From Kudoa neothunni (Eukaryota; Animalia; Cnidaria), in NCBI GenBank assembly GCA_964304625.1, contig OZ199839.1, positions 573,970-637,969 on the forward strand: a DNA stretch of 64,000 nt, in the 5' to 3' direction. Shown piece after piece: positions 14,601 through 25,300 of this stretch. The position numbers and the translations under genes were made by a program. Position 1 is the stretch's first letter, and every line of letters starts with the position of its first letter. Under the pieces are notes generated by a model. The model saw only the letters and a program-made list of their open reading frames with translations. It made no database searches and was not told the DNA's origin.

Positions 14601-15952
14601 ATTGTTGTTGAATAAATTACAAATTTATTAGTTTATTTGACTATGTTTTCTATGTGGCCTCTCGGCTCAAATAAACATGATTACAGCACCAATATAAAAT
14701 TGAAGTAAAATATAAAAATCTTATCTTTATTGATATCAAGACTATTTTTAAGTTTTTAAATATTCTTTAATAATAAATCGTAGCTCTCTTCAACGATTCT
14801 TAAGGTCCCTTGCTTGGACGTAAAGAAATAAAGGTTTAATTTTTCCAATATTTTTAAATAAAAATTATTTTCACAATTTACTTAAACTCTCCAATATACG
14901 TTCTAATTAATTTATCATTTTATAGATCCTCTCGGTGTGAAAGTTACCTACGAACTAATGAAGGATCAACTGAAAGTCAACATGAAGATAAGTGAAACAA
15001 TCGAGTCTCTTAATGTACTCTATAAATTAAAAACTCAAAAAAAAGATGAGGAGAACACAACAGAAACTACTAAACCTCCAAAAGATAATACTAAAAGTAA
15101 AGAAGATAAACCCTCAGGCGATGACCAAAATGAAAAACCAGGAGATAAAAATGAAAAACCAAGTGATAATAAAAATGAAAAACCAGACGATAACAACAAA
15201 GAAAAACCAGCCCCCGATGGAGATAAAAACGACAAAAAGCCTGCAACTCAGAAATCAGCTGATAATGGGGCTACCTCTAATACGACTGAGAATAAGAAAC
15301 CAGCAGATAAAACCACTGAGAAAAAACCCAATAATGCTACCCCCGATGCAAATGAGAATAAAAAACCAGCAGATAAAACCACTGAGAAAAAACCTAATAA
15401 TGCTACCCCCGATGCAAATGATAATAAAAAACCTAGCGATGATAAAACGGATCCGAATCATAAGAATACCGGTGAAAAAATGGACATAATTACCGGTAAA
15501 GCTATGGCCAACTGCACAAAAATGGTTTGCACCTTCACAGTAGGAGGAGTTTCCGACCAATTTAATTATGAAATGGAGCTGAAAGTTGTTAATATGACAC
15601 CAATGATTCTAGTGCAAGTCAAATCAAAAGGTATATATTATGACTATTATTAACTATTTTTAAAAGTTTATTTTTTAGTATCACCTGAAGAGCCAACAGG
15701 TGACAATATGGAAGCCGCAAGGTAAATTATATACACTTTTCATATATGGTTAATCTCAAATATAGATTAAAGAGGGAAAAAATTGTGCAAATGTAACTTT
15801 TAAATTTTGTATTGGTGTAAATTTTGTTAAGTGTTGTTCCAATCGTGGTGTGTCTGGTGGTGTTGATTGCAATAGTCCTAATCGTGGTGCTTATAAAGAG
15901 GAGAATAAACAGAGGAAAAGTTGTAATAAACCCCTCTGCATCGGAGCCATGA
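8626..15952 (+). CDS. Uncharacterised type I membrane/surface protein (~1088 aa) with 8 repeated ~95-aa beta-rich domains, charged low-complexity inserts, a C-terminal TM helix and a short tail
   Basis: Manually spliced exons: 8626-8692, 8773-9078, 9104-9418, 9586-9876, 9921-10208, 10247-10363, 10407-10682, 10729-10881, 10922-11212, 11243-11536, 14926-15630, 15679-15721, 15832-15952. Total 3267 nt, open frame, joins seven predicted ORFs. Signal-like N-terminus MYDVKLIALAVFLQVLS. TM segment VVPIVVCLVVLIAIVLIVVLI followed by KRR. Confidence 0.8.
11569..14237 (-). mobile_element. Decayed Tigger/pogo transposon inside the long intron of the surface-protein gene
   Basis: TIR-like ends TA|CAACAGGTAACCGATTTTCCGTAACTT and AAGTTACCGAAAATCGGTTACGTACTG|TA, with a further copy of the repeat at ~13042-13066. 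Minus-strand DDE_1 remnants: IYNLNETAL (~12485-12510) and QLLDHGII (~12188-12211). Confidence 0.7.
13076..14082. mobile_element. Second Tigger-like non-autonomous element nested within the 11569-14237 element
   Basis: Left end TA|CAGTAAGGAACCAATTTCACG and right end GCATGAAATTGTTTACTTACTC form an imperfect TIR. Both ends are shared with the short copy at 29326-29546. Confidence 0.65.
15291..15422 (+). repeat. Coding tandem repeat, 2 x 66 nt (NKKPADKTTEKKPNNATPDANE/D)
   Basis: Near-identical 66-nt units at 15291-15356 and 15357-15422 within exon 11 of the surface protein. Confidence 0.9.
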
Positions 15953-16989
15953 AGTTACCTGGTACATCCTATGTGTGTGCTAAGCCGCACACTCTCCCAT
16001 ATTTTAATCTTTAGAAGTAAACTGTTATAAAAATGGATTATTCTCAATTATATAGTTATGAATGTATTATTTATTGTTGCAAATTTAAAATTTGATAAAA
16101 AATTAAAACGTGACAATTATTACTTGCACTAAATAGCCGCTACCTTAAGCAAGGAGTTAGATTACCATTGAATACAAACTTGTCGACACAATATTGATAA
16201 CATTTAATTAGAAATTTTTTTAGGCATTAAACCAAGTTTTATATTAAATAATTGCGAAAAAATATGCTGTTGATAGTTGTATTGACGTGTGGATAATTGT
16301 TATATTGTCTAAATCGCTAAGAAATTATAATAATGATATCTAGTATTATTAGGGATTAATCTATTATATAATTTGTTTGAATTTTTTATTGTATCCGTGT
16401 TTCGATGAATAATGTATTTTTGGAGAAGGGTCCATTTTTCGCCTATTAAAATTATCATTTTTAAATAGTCAATTATTATCTTATTAAATGGAAGTATTTT
16501 TAAGTTATATACTCATTAAACCTCATATTATACAATGAAATACATTAATTAAAATTTAGAGTAACAGCTCAATTAAACTTATTATAAATGTGTATTTATT
16601 ACAGCATATCCTTAACTCGGCTAAAAAAATATTGTTGAATAATCGGAGTGGTACTATAAAATCAAATTATAAAGATCAGTTTATTGAATAATTCTAATGG
16701 AATTTTTGTAACAATAGAAGAAAAAAATATTTAATAAGAAACCTTATTAATTTAGAATCGATTTCACAGCTAAATATATAATTGATTAGTGCGAACTTCT
16801 ATGCTTCGCCCGGGATAGTAAAACTGTACATGTGATCCATTCATTGTAAATAAGACATTTCCCTTTCGATTAAAATCAATTTCCATAGATTATAATCATC
16901 GACTTTTTAAAAAAATTTTGATGTTTATTTTCCAAGGAAAGTTTAAATTTACTGCGGGTAGAGAGAGAAGGTTAATCGAAAGTTATTTG

Positions 16990-18300
16990 ACAGAATGTGT
17001 TGATTTGGAAAGCATAGATGAAGAACTTGTTTGTAAATATTGCAAAATAAAACTTCCTATGTAGCCAAGTAGAGTTATAGAACATGCTAACTTGAAAAAG
17101 CACATCAAAAATATATCATGAAAATTCTCTATCCTTCTCAGTCTTTTTTTTTGATAAGTAAAAGATTGATATCGAAATTGATTTGGTTATCACTGTAGTA
17201 TATGAAGGATTTCAAATATCCTCCATCGGAACAAAAATGTCTTCCGCAAATTTTTGGCCAAATATTGCGTTCCGTCCTGATCATCACCTAACGTTCGAGC
17301 CTGGTGGAAAAGCAATTGCCGTTTTTATTCCAGCATGATAATGAATGCATACAATTCGTTTTGAAAAATAAGCGATTTTATCTCATTATCGAAGAATCGA
17401 CAGATTTTAAAAATAGGTCCTTGTTAAATAATTTGCCTAGTTATTGCGACCATGAGACATCAAGGAGGAGAAAATTTATGCTTGATTCAAAAATTCTCTT
17501 TGAATGTAATGCCATTATAATTGCAAATGAAATAAGGAAAATTTTTAATAGTTACAAAATAATGAGGAAACAATACGTGACAATCGTATCTGATTTTGCA
17601 CCATATAAGAAAGGATATTACAAAAATATATCTAGCGTATTTCATAATATTATGAGGATACCGTGTTTTTCACATTTCCTCCATTTCTACTTTGAAAAAT
17701 CCACAAACATTTTATACGATAATGCCAAACAGTTCTGAATAAAATTTACTACACTGCTAAATAAGAACCTGCCTGCAAACTCTCGCATTTTCCATTATTT
17801 GGATTCGAAGAAAATCGAGTATCGTAAAGATGTTCCAAGAATGCTTGACAATAGATTGTACAACTTTAACAAGTTTTTTCTTTACTGTAGGTATTATTTT
17901 CTAACATTTAGAGAACTTTCTCAAAAATATTTTCATGAATTATTTATTTTCAATCAATTTATAATATCTTCCCCTTCCTCCTTATACAAATTCTTGTCCA
18001 TTATTAAATCTAATAATCCTTTAGGGCTTTCACAACTTTACTGTTGTATAAATAACAAATATAATATTAAGGAAGAAATATTAAGCAACTACGAAAATAA
18101 AATTTCAATATTTCCTCTCAACAATCGTCAAAAGTTCTTTGAAAAAAATGATGCGATTAATCGATTTTATAATTTCGGAAATATCAATGACAATGGCAAA
18201 ACTAACTGAGAGTTGTTTCTCTTCATTCAATTTATTCAAAACTATGAATGGTCTTGGTCTGTCCATTCATAATTTTTAAGATGTTAATTCCGAGCTAAAT
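16990..18300 (+). mobile_element. Decayed hAT-like transposase (pseudogene)
   Basis: BED-finger-like CKYCK...HANLKKH (~17030-17105). ORF 17304-17738 has IIEESTD, IVSDFAPY and RIPCFSHFLH motifs typical of hAT DDE domains. Multiple stops and frameshifts. Boundaries approximate. Confidence 0.65.
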
Positions 18301-19338
18301 GCTCCTTACGTGGAACCAAAGAACACGATGGATTAAAGAAGGGATATATAAACTGCCCTGAGTGTGATAATGATGGTGAAAATTTTGACATTATACCGAG
18401 AGAATAGTATACTAGAAAGCATCCCTGACTTTTAAAATTTTGTATAGATGTAACGTCAATTTTGCCGTCTTTTGATCACAGTTTAAGGAATCTTTTCAAA
18501 AATAAAGAATATGTTGACTGCGGATAAAGCGAAACTGTCACCAGATCTTTATCGAATGTTATTTATATTGCATTATAGTAACAAATTAACTATTTAATTT
18601 AACAAAGTTTGATTTTTATGCTTATTTTTACAATTTTTGCGAATTATGTTATTGCGCACTGTAGAATTAAAAATAAACGTCGAAAATGACAATGCCTAAT
18701 TACAAGTAATAATATATAATTTAATGTTGTAATCAAGATTAGCAAATGGGTTGATCAGCGGCTTTTTGATTAATAAAATTACATATTAAAAAGGCTAATT
18801 TATTTCTCATTATTGGTAATTACCCAAAATTTAACGTTTGAGTTCATACGCGCCAACAAAATTAAGCGAATTCGCAATTGTAGAAGAGAGTTGTGGCATT
18901 TCCGCCTTTTAAGCTGTCTCTAAGTTAAAACCCTGCTTGTCACTTCTCATTACAATTAGAAATTAAAAAATCGAATTCATACCTAAAAAATATTAATACC
19001 AACTTTTTACGTGATAATATGCCGTTAAGTTATATTAAATTTACGAGTTAAGTTACGTCAAGGAATTCATTCCACCAAAATATAATCATATTCATAACTC
19101 TAATGTAACTAATTATTTGCGTTTATTTACGTTGTATAGTTTACTCAGCAGCAGCAGTTGCCGATGTTAAACCGATCGTTGTATAAATAAAATTTTATTC
19201 ATTCAAAGAAGCTAGAACATATATAGTAGTTAATCATGAAATAAATAAAATTAGGTTTTTATTAAAGCATCTAGCAGTAAAAAATAAGACATCCATTTAT
19301 AAAACAGACAAATATTTCTCAATTGATAGATAAACATG

Positions 19339-22300
19339 TCACATATAAGGGCGCCAGCCACAGTACATTCGACATAGGTTATCAAAAGAAGACGCTTTCT
19401 CAATTAATGACTTGGCGTGTCCACCTGGACTGAGATATTCCGTGGAATCCATTCCATTCAATTTGTATTTCACCTTCAATATTACCTTCTCAGCAATCTT
19501 GTTCCTACTTGAAGTATTGGAATTATTTTCTAAAGCGTGAGCTGACGACGAATTAGTTTTATCGAAATTGTCATTGTTGCAGGACAAATTATTTATGCTA
19601 GAGCGGTTGGCTAAATTGCAACCGTTGTATGATAACCACATACTAAGCGGATCATCAAGTAGCACCCGAACCACCATTAGAATACAATTTTGATGATTTC
19701 TCAGCAGTTTCAAAACCTTTTCACAGGAATTAAAGTAGAGATTCTGATTGGACTGTCTTAGAATGAGTCCATCAGCAACTTCTCCAGTGAGACGAAACGG
19801 TACCAATTCGGGGTGTGCTAGCATTTTTCCTTGATCGAAGGCCACACCGAGATCTATATGGATAATTTCGGCGTTACTTTTATCAATAAGAATATTCCAT
19901 GGATGTCTATCCCCTAGACCGAGTATATAACCAACCATAGATGCAACAGCGGTGCTGTTTGTGTATGAACATTTGGCCGAAAACCATTGAGACGCATTTG
20001 AAAAATTCTCGTAGAAAAAATAATGCAGCATCGGCTTTCGATGTTGCATAACCGACTCAAAAGTGCGTCTTTTGTTAGAAAACCTGGAATTGTACATTCT
20101 ATTGTAACATTCATCATCATTCCACAAGTCACCGCCATCCGAAACTCTTCTATTCTTCCCAAACCGATCATAGCATTGGTTTACATAGCTTCCAAATGGA
20201 ATAGTGTTATTGCACCATTCAATAAGACCACATTGGTCACTCAAAGGAATTACACAATAGGTTCTTTGGTGGAAGCCAGCTCGAACAAGCTTTTCGTTTT
20301 CATATTGCGTTATTAGATGATTGACAGTGACGAAAACCTGCTGTAGAATTGCATCTTGACGAAGATCGTCTTTACTTTTTATAAGCTGTTTTCGAATAAC
20401 CCCATCCGAGCAAACGACTGACAAAATTAATGGATTGTTTACACCACCAGCATAGTGATAGGCATTGTTTAAAATCGATTCCATATAAATCATATTCTGA
20501 CGCTCATTATCAACACAAGTAGTTGAATAGTAATCACATGTGAGATAGGGATTTTTGTGATATTCCAACTCTAGATAATTGCATATTATATTGCTTGGGA
20601 TAGGGTGAGCAGTTTTGGTGCTGAAATTCTTTACAGCCTCACTATTGCAACCATCAAAATTTATCAATTCGTGATAGAATTTCCACAATCTGATCAACGA
20701 ATTATATTCGGTTGAAACATGTTGTTCAATACGATTTAGCAGCTGTTTGAAGATTAAAGTGACGTTTGCATCGTTCTTTTTGTAACTTTTTGATGATAGT
20801 AATATTGGAATAGTGTGGTAGGGGTAGACCTTGGCTAGTTGAATAATCAAAATTTTCACCAATTCAATGAAAATGGCAGACTTGGATGGATCGGAACCAA
20901 CAAGTTGTGACGTCAGTTGCCATACCACGTTCAAATATAATGACAAATCAAAACAATCCACTTTATCGCGTAGATAACCATTTAACTCGGTGTTTGAACA
21001 ATTTTCAAACCATAGCAAAAGAAATCTGTAGATATAGATACGATTAAGCTTGGGGTGGATTCGAAAGCATTCCAAATGATGCTTAATAGTTGATTTGAGA
21101 TAGAAATAGTATTCGTTTTCGATGTCTTTGACGTAACTGAAATCATCTTCCATCAAAACGTTGAGAGTTTTGGTATATATAGTGTTTTTTTTTCGTAGAA
21201 CTGGAGCGTTTCCTAGATTTCTTATTTTCGTCATCTTTGAGGTGGGATTGAAAATTGAAAACCTCATCTTTGGTTGAGATGTATTCTGGCGAAATGTAAA
21301 CAACTCGTTTATCTTGATATAGCGCATAGAAAAAGTTCGCAACGCACAAATGCAAATCATTTTGTTCTTTAATCGAAAGGTTAAGTTTTTCGGCGTAATT
21401 CAATGCCATTTTGAAGTGCTGTTCGAATATGACAGAACTGGATTCCCTTTTGGTATCATTCATCCAACTACCAATAGCCAAATGGTCATAATAATTGATC
21501 AAACAATCTAGGGGGCTGTTCGATGAGCCATCAATCAAATCATCCAACTTTTTATAAAATTGGGCTTGTCCACCCATCAATGGTTCAACATACAAAATCT
21601 TCAATAACGAACAAGCCTTAGGCGATAAAATTCCAGCCTGTTCGACTCCAGTTAAATAGAATTGTATCAAATTTAATTGTCCCGAGTTAGACATAAGATG
21701 TTCTATATTCCTACGAATCTGACTGAAGATATTACATGTTTGGTTCTCATTGGGAGTTGTGAATTTGGATGTGATTACTTTCATTATTAGGGTGTTACAC
21801 ACTACACTCCAACTTGTACAGACATTGCCACGATGATTAAACCCAAAATTGGTGGCGAACAAAGAAGATCCAATGCTTTCATCGAAATAGCAACTCTTCT
21901 CGAGGCTATCCACAAGACTACTCATATTTTTAGCTAGAAATATCATGATGTTGGCATAATCAGGGGAATTAAAAAAATATTCTGAGCTCAACAGTGGAGT
22001 AAAACTTTTTTCAAGAATAAAGTTGTTCTCAATAAAAAGATTGTTCGGATATGCTGTACTCGTTTTATCTAAGTATGTCTCATTCAAATGCAAAATAATA
22101 TTCTGGACTGCTTTAACAGACCTACTAGATTGTTGATATGGCCATTGAGTTGGATTTTTGTCTTCCCAGGCTGTCAACGCGAGGGCCGATTTCAAAAGCA
22201 GGTGATCGCAATCTTCCAAAAAGGGTTCTTCCATGGATTTCATCACGTTACATCTAGACATTAACCCATACAATCCAATAGTGTTTAGGGCTATCATGGA

Positions 22301-25300
22301 ACTTGAATTTAAACCTGTTCTATCATAAAAGTATTCATAATCCATGTTATAGATTTCACGAAGTTTCGTGTTAGTTCTGTGGGAGTTGTTCAAATAAAGT
22401 GAATGATTATAATCAATCTCATCTAAAAAAGGCAACTGATGAGTTTTAGAGAGGCCGCTGTAGATATTGAACATAAGTGAGTCATTGGAGAGAGTTTCAT
22501 CGATCGAATAACGTTCAAACTGTGATAGATCCATTGAAAAGTCCATGAACATTGCTGCCAATTCCAAAAGATTCATATCGTAGGCAGCATCACAATATTT
22601 CATCACGTTTGGCTTCAAAGAATCGACAAGGCCATGTTTCTTATTCCCAAGTAGGTATTTGACTAGAAAACTGCGCAATGAGGTAAAACTGTTGAAAATA
22701 AATTTTTTATAGAAAGGAGCACACTCGGTAGGTTTAGGGATTGAATAATCATTTATAACAGTCATTAGAAAAGCTACTACAGCTTGGAAATTTTTCCAAC
22801 AATTTTTTTCATCAAAATAAAAGTTATTCAACACGGCGGGAAGCAAATTTGGAAGCATGCAATCGCTAACAAAAACAATACACCTTAAAACGTCAAGGAT
22901 TTTGTTTAAGTTGTTTTCAAACGGCAGATTATAAAAATGGGATATGACTGAGTGTTTAAATTTGTTAGTTATATCAACTTTATCGACTAACTCAGAAGTA
23001 AAATCTCCCTCAACACCCAAACCCAAAATTTGATCATTATTTAGCAGTTTGCAAGTTGCAACAAAATCATTTGCAAATGCATAACAACAATTGTCTATAC
23101 AACAAGGGTGGAAGTTGGAATGAATGGAACAGACGCAGTTAAACAATGTAAGCAACGATTCGTAGCTCGACGTATTCAATGCTTGCTCAAAAATAAAGTA
23201 ATAAGACAAGCAGCAACGATCTGAGAAAGTGTTATCAAGAGATAATTGAGATATTTTTTGGTTGGCCCAAAAACCGTAGCAACCATCGTTGAATTCGGCG
23301 AATTTGAGGTAGGGGTCAAATGAAAGCGTTGATAGGTAGTCAACGAGGAAGACAACCGAGATCGACATCTGTTCATTTGGAGCATAAAGCTTAGTTATAT
23401 GTTGATTTAAAATCACAAAACAATTTTCTTTGGTCCACATATCAATGGGAGAGTTAAGACTAGTTGGTGAATGAATAAGAGCCATCATTGAACGAGGAGT
23501 AACATTTTTGATAAATTCAAATACAAGCTTTTCTTCACAAAAGAAATAAGATATCGCAACCAACACAAACAAATGTCTCCAATTAGAGTGATCAGATATA
23601 TCAAATTGCTCATAAAACTTTATTTTGATTTCATTAAGTAAGTCAATCCATTTTGAATTTGATAGCGAATTAGAACCAACCTGTTTTACACATTTACCCA
23701 CATATAGTCCATTCTCTACAATGTGATTCACATCCAACAAAACTCTACTATTAAGGCTTGTTTGATGTGTTTTGTGCAGTAGAGGGTGGTTTAATCCAAT
23801 CCAGCTTGAACAAACCAGTTTGGTCATCACATCATAACTCATAATGTATTCAGCAAATTGGTTGTCATTTAACAGCAGACTGAAATCATGCATAAACCCA
23901 AAATTTGATAAACTCAATAGATTTTGGGATACACTTTCTGATAGATAACAAACACAATCCACTAACTTTGATAATAGATGGGTGGTTGTTTTTAGCAAGT
24001 TTAATGGTCGAGCCAAGTTTAATAATCGTAATATGGCCAACATAATCAAGAGGTATGTTCTTCAACTGCACAATAAAATGCCAAAGGACACGAATTTTAT
24101 CCACAATAGTGCTGGCAAGAATTTCGATTCTGTCGACAATATCAAGCAGCTTACATCCATAATAAAAAAGTAGTTGTATCAAGCACTGGTTAATCAACTC
24201 TTGATGATTGGTTACATTATTATGAGAGGGGTTTATTTCGGTGTTGACCATAGTTAGAACATGTAAGCATAACAAGGGGATATTGATATCAACCAAATCT
24301 CCACCATTATTATCACTACATATCCACTCATATTCTAGCAAATAATCAATACAACTGTCAACAATTCGAGGCAATTCAACGTTATCAAATAAACTAATTA
24401 GTTTTTGACTTGGAGTGAAAATATTGCCAGTGTCAATGCTATTTATTTTTTTGTTGAGCACGATGTCACATGCATAATTGGTCGTAATTGGGCCAAAACT
24501 AGTCAAACAAATGCATGCAATTAAAAATTCACATGAATAGTGTTTTCCAATTAGGTTATTTTCCGCGCAAACATCAAAATAATGGTTTCTTAATTGATGT
24601 AACACAAGATCACAATCACAAGGATTAATTCCCAATAATGCTAACAATGATTGATATTGTTCTATTGTTTTGAGTGGTAATTTATTGAAATGTAACAAAC
24701 AATTGGATAATATATAAAGTTTGATCCGGTATAATTCAATTTCCATGTATTTCTCAACATATTGCAAAAGTGATCCGACCAAGTCACCGCATATATTCTC
24801 GTTAAGAGAACAGCATTGAACAAACCAGGTCAGTATAAATATAACATTGTAAAAGTTGATGTGAGGATTATTGTCGATAATAATTTTTATTGTATTGTAA
24901 ATAACGAGATAATTAGATTTGATATAATCGACAGAAGGAAAGTTGCATGTTGATGAAGAGCAATTAAACAAGAACAATTCAAACATATTAACCATTTCGA
25001 AACAATTGAATTTGTCGTAATGTAAATAGAGTTGGAATAGGAACCTTTTGATAAACTGATAACTAACGGTAGCATTTCTTAAGTTCGATTTGGGTGTACG
25101 CAAAATCATTTCCATGGAAATTTTTGATTTGCCAGATGAAACCAGTAGATTATTGGTACAATCGACACATTTATCAAGTAGTTCAACTGACTTGGAAACC
25201 AAAGGTAATTGAATAAGTTGGGCGACACAATCAATAACACAACGTATATCATTATCATCATAATCAAACAATTCACAGTTGGTAACAGTTTGTAATATGG

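Noticed and set aside
15291-15422. CRISPR-like or regulatory repeat array
   Set aside because: The units are contiguous, in-frame coding repeats without spacers, in a eukaryotic exon.
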